The notes below the pieces were generated by a model. It was not told the origin of the DNA, did no database searches, and was given only the letters and a program-made list of their open reading frames with translations. From Bugula neritina (lineage: Eukaryota > Animalia > Bryozoa), in NCBI GenBank assembly GCA_964035545.1, contig OZ037767.1:21344628-21408627 (forward strand): a stretch of 64,000 bases of DNA, given 5' to 3'. The number at the start of each line of letters is the position of its first letter. Within the stretch, counting starts at the first letter, position 1. Positions 1-29,400 of this stretch are shown here, piece after piece. The translations under genes were made by a program, and so were the position numbers.

Positions 1-422
1 TTTCAGCTTATTATTGTGTCAAAATGTAGTCCAATTTGATCTGTAACATTGGACTACTTCAAAATTATTATACATATGTTTTAGTATATTGCCATAAAAT
101 AGAATTTAGAAGCAGTAGTGGAGAAGTTGAGATAACCTAAGTTCTTTAATTTTATTGTTAAGTTTTGGTTTGGGGCACCGGTTGAAATTTTTGCGAGAAC
201 TTAACTTCTTATGCTACATTTCTAATCTAGAACACAGGCTTTTATCAATTTCTCCATTACTGTACCTACCTCTAAAATAGTTTAATAATATAAATATATT
301 GTTTTAACTGGTGCTCTATGTTTTATATCATGTATCAATTAGACACTTTGCACAGCATGATTACATTATTATAGTAATTATTAGAATTATATTAAATGAT
401 GTTTATTCATACTCTCTTGTAG

Positions 423-3400
423 AATTGGGTTCTCTGAGGAGACAAGTAAACTGGACTATACTAAGTTCCTTCAAGCGTTTGAAGAAGGAAGGAAGGATCA
501 GTACGAGCCCGCACTACCTGACGTCACTCACTACAAGCACTTTGACCACCTGTCACCTGAGAAGGCTGAGGCTAAACTGATTAAATACACCACAGAGCAA
601 TCTGCTGCCTTGACAGCGGTGAGTAATATAATATATGATAGTAGTGAGTAATATGATGGTAGTGATTAATGTAATACGATAATAATAGTGTTAATATAAT
701 ATGATGGTAGTGAGTAATATATGATAGTAGTAAGTAATATATGATAGTAGTAAGTAATATATGATAGTAGTGAGTAATATATGATAGTAGTAAGTAATAT
801 AATATTATAGTAGTAAGTAATATAATATTATAGTAGTGAGCAATATAATGTGTCAATAGTAATATAATATCATAGTAATGAAATATTCCAACTATGCAAG
901 CCAGTTATTGATTTGTGTGGCATTGTCTACACATAAAGAGATGACAATTCCTCTACCAGGAATAATGTCACGTGTTATCGTAACACAGCCTGTCAAATAG
1001 ACCAGCTGTCAGCCAATAGGAGGTTATTTGATGTGTTATCTAAAGCAAATAGCAACGCTCCTATGATACAGTACAGTGCATTGTATACAGTATAGACTAT
1101 AGTGTCTCATGCAATTGTTTACTCGTCTCTAAGGATGCACTGCAACAGTCAGTCAATATCTTAACACTAAATGCTAGACTCACTCTGAACACAAGCAGCA
1201 CTGCTGCAGCAGCATAATATATTATATGAGGCTATAGCTCAGTTCTATACACTTGGCTGGTGAAAGGCGGTGGGCTATGGATATGCCCCGTAGTCTAGTG
1301 AGCTGTAGTAACACCGAGTCTTACTCTAGGATTAATACTGACTCTTCAACAACTCAGAATAATATAAACTTTACTAACTGTAGACTCGTGAGTGCATCGT
1401 AATTTCATGGCTTATCTAATATACACTGTATAATATATACAGTGTTTGTACAGTATATACTGTACAGCACAGTGTATGTACAGTGTACTCTCAGTATACA
1501 TACAGTATATGTACAGTGTATGTATGTAAAGTAAATTTATATGTTGTATACAGTGTATAGGTATACACTGTTTGTACAATACATGTACATTGTATGTACC
1601 ATATACTGTATATATAGTATATGTGTATATTTTATATGTATAGTATATGTAGCCCTACAGTATAAACATGTATGCTTGTATAGTAAATAAACATATTAAT
1701 AATTTTGTTCATATTTTTACACTAAAGGTAGTACTTTTTATACTTCACTCCTTGTGGCATGTGTTTGCATGTGCTAGCATGTGTTAGCATGGGCTGGCAT
1801 ATGTTGGCACGTGTTGGCATGTGCTAGCGTACACGTGTTGACATGTGCTTGCATGTGTTAAAATGTGTTGGTATGTGTTGGTATGTGTGAGATACTGACT
1901 TCAAGTTTTGTTCTTCTAGATTTTCCAAGCCATTGACAAAGATAATACAGGAAGGGTGAAGGTTGAAGATTTCCGGAGAGTTCTTGACTCTTTCTGTTTC
2001 AAAATGACTGACTCGCAGTTCCGGAGTGTGATAAATAAACTCAAATCCAATGGCCAATCAGATATCAGTTACCCTGCTTTCATGGATGCTTATCTAGCTG
2101 GCACGAATATGCAAGTGAGTGGCATAAAGTCTCTTAACAATCACAGAGCTGTATTTATCTTTAGCTATACTTTCTGCTACATCTTCAGCCAATCAAAAGG
2201 CTGCTTATGAGTTTCTGTGAATTTACAACCTTAAAGTTTGTGAAATCTGCTACACTCTCAAGGTCATTTGATCTCATTTATCTTCTAAGGCTAAAATTAC
2301 ATTCGCAGCTTGTGATTTTCTTTTCATTAGAACGTAGATTTCAATGACAGACTGATGACTGACCTGCGAACGGCAACCGACAGCTTGTCTGGTGAGTCGT
2401 TTCTCCAGACATTACGAGACGCTGTCAGCAACAAGTTCTATCACATAGCTAGACACTTTGCTGAGATTGACTATGCCAAGATTGGAGTTGTCTCTCGTGA
2501 TGATTTTCATGATGTTATCGCTAAGCACTGCTTCAGAATGACTCAGAATCAGTTCGACAATCTCTGGTCAACTTTGAAAGTCAATCAGTTTGGTGAGTGA
2601 TGCTTTTAATACCTGCAGTTGGAGGGGGTTATCAGCCCCCCCTAATTAGATAGCTATATAGCCAATGATCAGTAAAATATTGTATACAGTAGGGGTGGGC
2701 AATTGAGGATCCCATAGCTATCTGTGGCCCTTAGCCCATTTTTCAGTGGCCCTTTTAATGCTTAGAATAAATAAAAACTGCTATACGCGTTCTGATTACA
2801 CAGCATAGGTTTGGCGACAAATTACTTTATTATAACAAAATATAATATGTGGCCCTTCGTTCTGGTGGGCTTCTGAACTTGGCCCTCGTGCAAAAGAAGT
2901 TGCCCACCTCGGGTATACAGTATGTCACAGTTCACACTCTAAACCTCCATCTCTTCTCCAGGCAACGTAGATTACAGAGACTTCCTCAAAACATTCTCGT
3001 CAAGTCAATTTATAAAAGCACCGCAAGCTAACGGGGACGGCAGGCAGTCTACGCTACTTGATCAACGGCCAGGCACCCAGGTTAGCTACATCATATTATG
3101 TTTAGAGCTGTGAGCTTAGCTCAGTTGTATGTAATACAACTTAAAGTTACGCTCACTACTCAATAGATGTATATTATGTGGCACAATTTGGAGTTACCTT
3201 TCCTGTTATGTGGTGTTGTAGAATGGAATAGAGCGAGAGCTACTGTTTAGCAGAAGTCAGTCGCGAGCAGGGAGTCGTATGCTGGCTAGTAGAGCGGGAG
3301 GGGGAGGACCGGCCCGCGCTGTGACCCCAATGGTCAACGCTGAGACTATCGAGGCAAGAATCAAGTCAGTTGTGAGTCGCAACTGGAAGAAGGTGCAGGA

Positions 3401-5232
3401 ACAGTGTAGGCAGTGGGACTTGTCTAACTCTGGCGAGATTGAAGTCAGTCAGTTCAAAGGTAAGAGTCCTTTGCTGAATCTCTATTTTGTACATTTCTAT
3501 TCTCAGTTAAATCTCTGTTCACATTTGCATGTAGTTACACATCTTGTTTCAATTCTTGTTAAGCTTGTGGCTTCATTTAAATAAAATATGTTGTTAGTTT
3601 CAGAAATGTCTAACTTTTTCAATAAAAATTCAAAACTTACAGTTTACGGAGATGCTTTTTGTGTAAAAATCTTTTCACTTGTTTCTAGAATTATGTGATA
3701 AATTCAAGTTTAACCTTGACCCTGCTGACTTCCACCTCCTTTCTATCAAATTTGACATCAACAACAATGGCCGCTTCTCATACACCCACTTCCTGAAGCA
3801 CTTTGTTCTCACTGTGACCCCTCATAGTCCGGGTGTGAGAGAAAGATCACAACTTCCAGAGACTAAGGCACAGGTAAGGTCCTGTGTGAAGTTCAAGGCC
3901 ACACCTTGCTTAAGTTGTGTGGTCACATTTGAGAATCTTAGTACATGGAAGTCTTGTTTTCTTGAGTTTAGTCTGAACTCTCATGTTAGCTTTATTGTTC
4001 TAGTGAGCTATAAAATATATATTCAGCTACACAGTTTATGTGCATTGAAATCGCATACTATAATCCATTGCTAAGATTTATTGATCAAACTAACGTATTT
4101 TATATTTTTTGTAGACCCCAGCACCAACAAAGGTAAATTTTCCGACAGTTTTCCATTTCCAATATAATTTAGTCTTTTATTTAGTTTGTGGTCACAGCAG
4201 AAGTGACCTTAACACTTGCTGACAGTGACCTTGACTATTAACGACAGTGACCTTGACACTTGCTGACAGTGACCTTGACACTTGCCGATAGTGACCTTGA
4301 CTCTTGCTGACAGTGACCTTGACTATTAACGACAGTGAGTTTGACACATACTGACATGACCTTGACACTTGCTGACAGTGACCTTGACACTTGCTGACAG
4401 TGACCTTGACACTCATCAACAGTGGTCGTGACACCTCTCTACAGTAACCAGCTTTGTTTCTGTTTGGTCTCCGTCAGTCTTTGTCAAGGATTAAGTACTT
4501 TTGTTTTTGCCACTGATTGGCAGTTTTGAATTGTGTGACTGACGATTGTAGTAATGTTTACACTGTTTCTTTGCTTTGCACAGCCCATTCTATTTTGTAA
4601 TATTGTCACATGTTTTTGGAAGTATTGATTCACAAGATCAAAGGTTGAACACATTTTGATAAACTAACTTACTTTTCAGAAAATTGTGGCAATGCTATGA
4701 AATAGACATCACTTTTACCCAACCATCAAAGTTGAAAGTAGTGGTAAAGGTGTTTGCCCACAGTTGAATGTGTGTATTGTGCCAACTTACCAGTAGCATA
4801 TGACATAGAATACACTACTTATATAATATATGACAAATACTGTTACAATGACATCACTTACACATTGATGTGGGGTAAATATAGTATAATGTATGATATA
4901 ATGCATAATTTAGCATTAGTTAGACTTAGAGCACTTTATTACCATTGCAGCAGTCTCCAGGGCTCACCAGTGACCAGTTCTACATGGCTATGCTTAGAGT
5001 ACGCGACACAGTTTTGACCAACTGGAAGGACATGAGAAGACAATTCCGTAAACAGGATCCAACGAGTAGCGGGGCAGTTTCTCCATTTCACTTTAGAGAC
5101 ATTCTTAGACAGTACAACGTAAACCTAACGGAAGACGAGTTCTATCACATCATGACCTATTATGACAAGGGAATGACGGGTAACATCAGTTACAATGACT
5201 TTATAGGTCACTTCCTTCGTGCAGTCAAGTAG
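423..5232 (+). CDS. EFCAB6: EF-hand calcium-binding domain protein, EFCAB6-like (3' part; 5' exons lie outside the window)
   Basis: Frame-consistent GT-AG exons 423-618, 1920-2114, 2331-2592, 2962-3080, 3222-3459, 3689-3873, 4115-4132 (microexon) and 4951-5232 (stop TAG). Repeated paired EF-hands (DKDNTGRVKVEDF, DLSNSGEIEVSQF, DINNNGRFSYTHF, DPTSSGAVSPFHF, DKGMTGNISYNDF) and a C-terminal WKDMRRQFRKQD...ISYNDF segment like EFCAB6. AATAAA near 5496. Confidence 0.8.
619..880 (+). repeat. Intronic ~20-bp minisatellite repeating the donor motif GTRAGTAATAT
   Basis: Begins at the 619 donor GTGAGT; units such as agtaagtaatatatgatagt. Confidence 0.85.
1756..1890 (+). repeat. 10-bp tandem repeat (gcatgtgttg-like)
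   Basis: About 13 degenerate units in an EFCAB6 intron. Confidence 0.8.
2690..2912. mobile_element. hAT-type MITE
   Basis: Imperfect TIR TAGGGGTGGGCAA...TTGCCCACCTCGG; 8-bp TSD GTATACAG at 2682-2689 and 2913-2920. A related copy starts at 52349. Confidence 0.8.
4193..4432 (+). repeat. 22-bp minisatellite (gacagtgaccttgacacttgct)
   Basis: About 10 tandem units in an EFCAB6 intron. Confidence 0.85.
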
Positions 5233-5852
5233 CACCCAGCTCCGTGAACTTTCACCTGGTTTTTTAAAGTAAAACTCATTTAATTTTAGTAGCAAATCCT
5301 TCCCCAGCATACCGTCCACAACCACAAGGTCATTCTATTCAGCACATCACAACTCTTTATAGGAAGTGGTTCAGAGATTCTGTCCTAACTTATAATAAGA
5401 AACCATGTGTTAATGAAGACATAAAGCCTTGTAATTTATAGTATATCAATTGTATTTACAATATATATTTAAAAAATATACACTATTTGTTTAAAAATAA
5501 ATTTATGAAACACAACTTTCAAATATATATTATGTAGATAAACCAGCATAGCAATAAATTAAAAATATTTTTCCAATATGTTACAACACACAATACAGTA
5601 ATAGAACTGAGTGCTTTGACTAGAATGGTTTTAAAATAGAGAACAATAGTATAGGATAACACATGGAGATTGTAATTAGCAACTTTCATAGCAAATATAT
5701 AGAATGTTTACAACACCTGTAATTCGCATAGCAAGTTTGTAATGTTTCTACAATGATATAGTTATTTATGAACAGCTATGCTAACACTGCATCATATGCT
5801 AAAACTGCATCATGTGCTAACACTGCACCATGTGCTAACACTGCACTATGTG

Positions 5853-20506
<14,654 letters not shown>

Positions 20507-22659
20507 TACTATGTTGGAAGTAGAGCTGAGGAAGGGCCTTGAAACAGACAAAACCATGAATGAGCTGCAGCACTGGTTATTTATAAGTTGTCATTGTTAG
20601 CATAATATAATCTATATAACTAGTATTATATATAGAATGTCATCATCTCAATGTGTTTTTCATCATGACATCATTTTTTGACAGCTGGTTTTAACAGCTG
20701 TTTACCTCCTAGATTGAGGACAAACTTTAACATTCTAATTTATCTGTCAGAGAGTCTGCCTGCACAGACTGCACGACAAGTAATGAGTCAAGTTTAAAAA
20801 GCAATGTGAAGATAAACAAAAGCAGGATTACCACAGGATCACTTTACATAATAAATGCCAAAAAACAGCAAAATAATATTATATTACATGTGTTATAATA
20901 GAATACAGCATATATTACATAGAGTATATTGTTACAGGAGCTTTTTTGGTAGCTTTGAGAAAACTATTGTGTGATAAAAGCTTTTTGTGAAAGCTTTCAT
21001 GATAGCTATTTACTGGCAGTTTTTGTTCAATGAGTCAGAGTAGCTCAATTTTCCTCTTGTTAAAGATGCAGGCAACCTAAACTGTATTGTCCAAATAATT
21101 GTAAGTTTCAAGTATTATACTATCTTTTGCTTTTAACTTCATTAACTAAATGTTTTGTCAGCTGTGTTAATTAATGTTAGGTTAACAAAATGTTTTTACA
21201 GTTATAGGTTACAGTCCGAGTTTGAATTTGAGTTTTGTAAGAAATATACTGTTGGCAATAGACAAAAAGTAGAGTTGTGGCCTGCTTCTGTGTCCTCCAT
21301 CCATTCACCCTTCGTTAAGTGAATCACCATACATAGGCATCCGTGCCAAACAGCACGTGCTGACACAGTAAAAATTATTGGCTGACACATATATCATGCA
21401 AAACATAGAGTATATTATATATTACATAGAGTATGTCATATATTACATAAAGTATATCATATAATACATAGCATATATCATATATTACATATATAGTGAG
21501 AGATAATTGGTCATCTGAGCTTACATTAGCCATAGGAGATTCACTGAGTCATAGCTTATCAATGGCTATGGGGATTATGATAAGCCAATTAGATTGAAGA
21601 TAACATGCTGTTTTCATGAAAGTCAAATAAACTCCATAAAGATACAGTTTCAAATTGCGATAGTAGAAACTGGAATATATAATATTTGTCAGGTAGAGTC
21701 AAGTCCCGTTGGCTTCATTGTGAGCATTAAGTGTTATAAATTATATTCTATAGTATACTGTTCAATATTATATTATCTAGATTCTAGAATCTAGATAGAC
21801 AAAGTCTGAATAAGCCATATTGTTTGCCAGGATTCCTGGTGGGTTGCTTTCTAAATATAGAGGCAGGCAGATCATGTATAAATAAAATGATGTAATAACA
21901 GGACCAGATTAGTCACTTACCAAGCACAGCAGTGATGTTTAGAGACAGCTTGCCGACACACACATTAGGCAGCACCCTGTCAACATACACATAAACATAT
22001 CACACACTTTCTATTTCTTCCTGTGTATTCACCTTGGCTGTTATAGGTAAGATTTACTAGAATATTCTATTAGTTTCATGTGGAAACACTGATTTAATAG
22101 ATACTATATTAAATATACTTATCAATGTATTGTAACACAACCTGTTCGGAGAATGAGTATCCTACTTGTAGGAAAGTGTGAACTAATCCCAATACATCAA
22201 CACGTAATCAACACTTAGAAGGAAATAGCAACTAGAGGCCAGGAAGAGAAACTAAAGAGCATGGTACTATCACAACACATACTGATAACAAATGCACAAT
22301 GACTACACAGAGTCATGTTCAGCAACTAATCGTGACGTAGCAACTAGTCACAAATGCCGCAAATATTGACGTTATAAACCATCGCCATAGCAACAAATTG
22401 CCATATCATTATGTTGCACAAAAGATTAGCAGAAGAGAGATGGATGACTCCATTGTATAAGTGACTCAGGGTGGAGATACTTGGTGCGTCTATTTTGGGT
22501 GAAATAATTAGCAACACAGCAAAGAGAAGTGCCTTAATTAGTCTCAACAACTTGCACATCTGCTTAAATCTGCTTAACAAACCATAGAAGTTTCATCTGA
22601 TAAGTGTCAGGCTTCATTGTAATTATATTACAATAAACTCTCACTCACGTTTGCAAGTT

Positions 22660-22859
22660 TATAATCTCTATTTCTGTGAGAAAACCCCTGATGGAAGGGG
22701 TTTTTGTTGAATAGGGCTAAGGACTTATTCAGATGAGGCACAGGAGCAATTACGACTGGATGCTCTTCCTAACATCACCATTGGCCTTTGACTGGGCTCG
22801 AACCCATGACTTCGTGCTTACTAGGCAAACGTTCTAACCCCTAGACCACGGCTGCTCCC
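22660..22859 (-). mobile_element. tRNA-derived SINE
   Basis: Minus strand GGGAGCAGCCG TGGTCTAGGGG (A box) ... GGTTCGAGCCC (B box), followed by a non-tRNA body AGGAAGAGCATCCAGTCGTAA that resembles, from memory, the conserved GGAAGGGCATCCGG core of some metazoan SINEs. No acceptor-stem closure; 3' end approximate. Confidence 0.75.
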
Positions 22860-25800
22860 TAGGAACTATATTACAATAGTTGCAATATAAAGATAACTTA
22901 CTTTTCTCAGCAAATTATTATTTAGAGTATATGAGACTGCTGAAGGGCAGCATACAGTTGAGTCTAGACATCTTGCAAGTGAATTAGAATAATCTAATCA
23001 TAATTACTTTGTTAAATATACTACGCTAAATTTTAGCCTGCATATTACAACTAAATAACTGAGCTGTGCTGTGCATCAACTGACTGGTAACTGTACATAG
23101 AATAGTAGTTTCAACTAGTTGCCACAGAGTACTACTGCAGTTCAATTAATCAAAGCCTTTCAAAGTTAGTAGATGTCAAATCTAATGCAGAGATCAATTA
23201 TTAACAGAGCACACACCCTAGGCTTCATCTTAGACACGTTAACAATTTTTATAGAATAGTTTCACTCCAAGTCACGTTTTCACATGGCTTCCGGGCTTTT
23301 ATTAAATGCTGGTATGCACATGTGGCATTATTATGTGAAATTTTTAAGTTATTGTAGTTTACTATTTCACTTTATTATACATTGATGCTAAAATTTTGTT
23401 TAAGGTTATCTCTATACCATATTTAAAATATTATATGTGGCTTCTATGATGTCCAATTTCCTTATTACTGTCATAATGCTGGTTAATTGAGTAGTGAATG
23501 GGCTTCTATATAATAAAACAGTTCTCTTTTTACTTCGTAGTGCCAAATAGAATTGTATAATTTTCCTACCTATTAACTAAACAAGAAGGTTAACCTAGCT
23601 GGTTTAACGTAATATTTATTATAAGCTTGTCCCCAACTAAAGCAAAAGAGTACAACAAAAAGTTTTAAGCAAACCCTCTACTGTGTCTATTTTTAGAGAA
23701 AAAGGGATACATTTAGAAAAAAATTGAACATATCCGCTAAAGTGATCTCGGTCCTACTAGTCCAGACCAGAATATTGTTTTACAAGTCTGCCTTTTAAGT
23801 TCAAGTTTGGCTTCCAAGCTTTCAATCAATCATTTCAATTAGTGTACAGTATTTCAGGAGTGAGAGATGAATCCCAGATGACAGATTGATGAAAAATTAG
23901 GTAAAAAATAATAAACCTTATCACAAACCTTTTATCAAAATTTCCTGCCTAAGAGTTTTAGAGATTGTTGCTATAAATATTCCAAATGATTTTTTAATGT
24001 TACTCTGAAAAAACCTTCCAACAGAGCATGCCTCAAAGTCGAATTACTTGATTAAAGTGATAAAAAAAGTATTTGATGTCAGCAAGGATTACAACAACAA
24101 TATGAGCACTAAAAGAGTGAAGGACCTACTACAAGAGTTTGTGGTACATCTAAAGTAGTGGGCTTAGAAGCCTGGATAATCCCGAACAAAGTTCTTTTTA
24201 TTTCACCTGCTCACAGGAGAAATTGTTAGCTAATTAACAATGAGATACTCATACTGTATTGGAAAGTTTCTTAAAGTTGAACTAAAACTTACAGGTACAA
24301 GTATTTAAAGTAACGCCTAATGATGAAGTTTGAGACAAACGTTTTACAGTTTTTTTTACTTTACAACACTAAGAGTAAGAGCAACTTTGGAAGTTTTGCC
24401 ATTTCTATTAAACTTGGACAATGGAATATAAATTAGACTAGTAAATTTTTGTTTTGACTTTGGGTTATACAAACTTTAAATTTAAGAGCTAGGGTAAGAC
24501 CTTACAATTGAATTTGCAACTACTACTATTAAGCAATGTTACCGGCTTACACTAGCTTGGCTCACACAGTTACAGTGACAGTCTGGGTTATTAGTTGAAA
24601 CAGTATGAGTATGACTATCAGTATCACTATAAGTATTACTATCAGTATGACTATCAATATCACTATGAGTATGAGTATGATAACCATAAGCTCACTTTCA
24701 GTATGTCAATGTGGATCATAACCATTACAATCAATATCTAATTTTATGATATAACTTATAAATTTATAGAACCAAATAACACGCTTTATAATTAGCATTA
24801 GCTCATACTCATAGTGATATCACTGTGAGTGTAACAACAATATTTAATTTTATGCTATAACTATAAGTTAGTTAATAAGGACTTATAATAATTTAAATCA
24901 TAATATAAATATTCTCATAATCAAAAAATCAAAAGATATGCATAAAATTAAATTAAAATTATTAAGAAAGCTACCAGTTAAAGTATTAGTATTACTATTA
25001 GACATTAGTATTAGTATCAGTAAAACACTTACACTAACAGTAAGTGTAAAGCTATAAGTATAAGACAAAGTCAAATGAAATGTCAAAAACAATTACTATT
25101 ACAGTAATACTATTACTATTAGTATTACAAAACCAAACAAATTGATTAATATTATAACCATAATCTTGTTCATAATGATTTATTGATAATGACTAGTCTT
25201 ATTAGTTATTAATATGAATAATTATTATTTAAATGTAATTATTATTATAAGATATTGCTATTGTCTAGCAGTATTACTATTAGTATTACTATTACTATTA
25301 GTATTAGTATTAGTTATTCACTTATAGTTATACTTATAGTTATAGTTAATGTTATAGCTATGGCCTTATGACTCATATAAATATGAGTTATGGGTCAACC
25401 ATAATCACAATGTTAGTCAGTAACACTAACTGTAAGTTACTAGTAGTAGTTAGTAGTTAATGCTACTGAATTATTAAAACTGATAAAACATCATGATCAA
25501 TACGCATACATTGAACAATAACATTATCTTGCAGTTGTTTAGTCGGGTGTCTATAAGTATAATCATAAGAACAAGTGTGCTTTTACATTCACTTTCAGTG
25601 TACTAGAGTTTACAAACCATTGTTAGGTAAGGAGTAAAGTTGACCAATTAGCGAACACTTGTGGGCTGTTGTAAATCGCTAAAAACAGCACCAATTTAAG
25701 AGTGACTGCGTGCAGAGTACAGATAAACATTGTTGTGTAAAATCTAGGTCTTCAACTCCAAACATGATATCCGAACTACTGTACTCAGTGACCACCAACT

Positions 25801-26487
25801 CGGTGCTATTTCAAGCGAACTCTCCAAACTGTTGTAGCCAATTTATCAAATGAACAGGCGAATAGTTTTATTAAATTTTCTCAAAAAAATTTGTGTGCGT
25901 ACGTACACTTTCTAAACTATCGTCAACCCCATGGTGATTATCATAGCTTAATAATAATGTTGTTGATATCAAGTATTGGTATTAAAATACTATGTGACAG
26001 AAAATTATCAAGTAGAACGTTGTAATGATAATAATTATAATAATTACAAAAGTTGCTAAAATGTATTTGTAAAAATTAAATGAAATAAGTGGTTATATTT
26101 CAAGTTTTTTTTGTTAGTATACTTATAGTTATAGTTATACTTATAGTTATTGTAAGTAAGATTCAAAATTTAAAAGAAATCAAATTTTAGTTATTGGATG
26201 CAGTATTGCCTTCTTAGTTAATGTTATGCTCCGTGCTTATAGTTATTGAACTAAGTATTACTATTAGTATAATACCTAATAGTAACACACTGTTCGCTAA
26301 AACAAAGCTTTATAATGGTTAAATAATGTTATAATTATTATTATATTCCTCATAAATGTTGAAATAAAATTTTTCAATTGTAGCTTCAAATGCAATTTAA
26401 ATTTCTGTAATACTTTGGTACTGATGTTAATTTCTGTCTCCTTCGATTTTTTTAAAAGTTTACTTCTATTTACTAGTTACTATAAAA

Positions 26488-29400
26488 ATGACCATGAGTG
26501 AGAACCAAACTCATCAGCCGAAGACTATAGTTTATCATTTGACTGACCTGTTTGATATTCACCAAGATATTGCCCCATCTGAAAGTGATGATAAAGATTG
26601 TATTCTTGCTAATACTACAGTTGCACATGAATTGGATGTCCCTCCAGCCATGTCTACTAATGCTGTAAGTTCACACCTATGACCTACATATGTATTCATA
26701 TTAAAAAATAATACTGAAATTGAGTTCTAGTGCTCAGATCTAATTTAGTTCTTATTATTTTGATGGTCACTCAAAAATGAAATACATTGTTGCTAGTTTT
26801 TTAATCATTTTAATTTCATGTTATAATAGACTTCCCTGTGAATTTTTGTATAACGGCTACAACTGAGTAAACTACTCTCTGAAATAGTCAAACCACTTTG
26901 TGGCTACAGCCGAGCTGTATGTCTTAGAGTTATCCCAAGATGTAGCTCACAATTAGTGTGCTTATACCGATGTGATACAAATTCTCTTCTAGATTCAGCA
27001 GATTCATAGGACCAAGACTTGTGTAGCGACATATGAAGATGTGAAAGCCCTTATAGAACAGCACGAGCTGGAACACACTCTCAAGTTTGTTACTTTCAAA
27101 GTTACCAAGGCGTTCACCTCCCCAACCCCTTCTGTAGAATCTAGTAAGAACTCTTTTATGTTGGAGTTAATCAGCACTCATTTACATTGCGTTGACCCTG
27201 CACTAAAAGTTGGTCTTGAATTTGTATACTATTTTAAACCCATATACGAGGGGCAAAACTTGACAGCGATGTTCTCTGTCGACTGTGCTCTCTGTTTACG
27301 CTTTGACTTCCGTAAAGCTGACTACAGTAGATTTATTCCATAAATCCCATATGTAAATTCCGTACTGTAAAGTCCTAACTGAAACTGTAGCGAAACCGTT
27401 GGGGGTTACGAATGGCTTAAAGTCTTCTATTGTTCTTTTGGCAATAGCCCCTCTCCAATTTACGACAAAGGCCGATAGCTTGATATCACTGAAAGTATCT
27501 TCGAGAGTTTCGACAAATGGCCTGTATTTTGCGACTTTATCCCTATAAACCTTTTCCGGGTCGATCCCGTCACTACAAATCGCCACGTCTATGATGTACG
27601 CACAGTTCTCTTTACTTACGACAAGATCCAGTTTCAGTAGTCCTTCTTTTGTCCGGAACATTGGTTCCCAGTCTACTTTAAAATCCACCTTTGCCATGGT
27701 ATCTGATACATATTTACATATTGCGTTGTGTCTTTTGATTCTGGCTCCGTGAGAGCGTGGACACTGTTGTAAAATGTGTGCGATGGTATTCGGTGCATTC
27801 ACGCACACAGGGCAACTTCTCGAGTGTGCGCTCGACAGGCGAGACAACATCATGCCGCTGGGCAAGAGATTGTGCCTTAAATGCACGGCTCTGATGAAGT
27901 CCCGCCCTGTCAGCCATGAGTGGTTTGCTGTCTTAATCCATTGATGGACCTTGGGACAGGTTTGATGGCAGATGAGCCCTTTCCCGTCTACTGAAATATG
28001 TAAAAGTTCTCGAAAATGTTCCTTGATGTTTTCCTTAGATGTCACTGGGGTTCCTACGATGGTTGGTGCTGGGGTCGGTAAATTGCCGGTAATGACGTTA
28101 GTTAACGGGTTATTGTATGTTAATAATCTGCAGTTTCTAGTGTATCTTAAGAGCGGAACTTGGAATAAGAAAGATGGGATGCCAAGTCCGCCGTCTTTAG
28201 TTGCTGAGTGGAAAATTGCTTTTGAGCAGTTGATTCTAATTTTTAGCCATTGCTTGACAAACGCTCTTGTCAATGTGTCTAGATGTTTCAGGCTACCACT
28301 GCATACTGTGGAGATGACCAATTGGTGTAGCAATTTTGGTATTAAGTGCTCTCTTAAAATTTTGAGTCTTTGTTGGGGTTTAAGGGGAGCTCTTGTTATG
28401 TTATTCATAGCCTTGACAAAGTCCTCTTTGGGTGTGTGAATTGCTCCTAGAGCTCCTATTTTAGCACCTAGACATTTGTAGGTGTCATTGATGGTCAATG
28501 CTGCAATTGAGTTCTGATTGTTTTTGAGTATGGGTCTTGGATTACACACCCACTTTTTCCGTTTGCTAGTTATTCCTAAAGTCGCACTTTTCTTATGGTT
28601 AATTTTAAGCCCACATAGCGCTAATTGCTCCTCCAATATTTTAAAATTCTGCTGCAGTCCCGCGTCTGTCTTGCTAAAAATAACTAGATCGTCTGCGTAT
28701 GCCATGAATGTGATGGTAGCGCCATTCTTAAATTGATAGTTTAAATTACTGTCCAGGTTTTCTGTACACAGTTCCATTACCGCATTGAAGAGGTGTACTA
28801 ATAGAGGGTCTCCTTGTTTAATGCCACGATTTATCTCAATCTCCCTTCCCATTCTTTCAGGTAGTCTCAATCTTGTTGTTTCTTTCTCATAGAAGCCTTT
28901 AAGATATTTGATTAGATGTTCTGGAACACCTAGTCTCCTGCACGCCACCCATAGGGTTTGGTGCGAGACGCTATCAAATGCTTTAGACACGTCTATGAAC
29001 GCTAGCTTTAGATTTTTATACTTTTCCTTTGCCTCGCTGATAGTTTTCTGTAGTAGTTGGGTATTGAAGTAAAGGCCATCGTCTTTTTTGAAGCCTTTGT
29101 GTCGATCATTGTAGGGTAGTTTGCTTGAGAAGCGCTCACCGAGGATGGAATGGTAAAGCCTGCTAAAGGTGGAGGTTACTGTGATCGGTCTGAGATCTCC
29201 TGGGTCGGTGGTACCAATGACCTTTGGTATGAGTGTGGTAGTTCCCCTGGGCATACCTGATGGTGATATCCCACTTAATAGCCAAAGATTACAGCATGAC
29301 ACAAGTAGTGACACATTCATTTTCTTGAGATCTCTCCATGTATATCCGTCTAATCCCGGGAGCCCTTGCTCTTCTTTCCTAAAATCTCCTTTATCTCTGC

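Noticed and set aside
22788-22859. Functional tRNA gene
   Set aside because: A and B boxes are present, but there is no acceptor stem or terminator and it runs into a SINE-like body.
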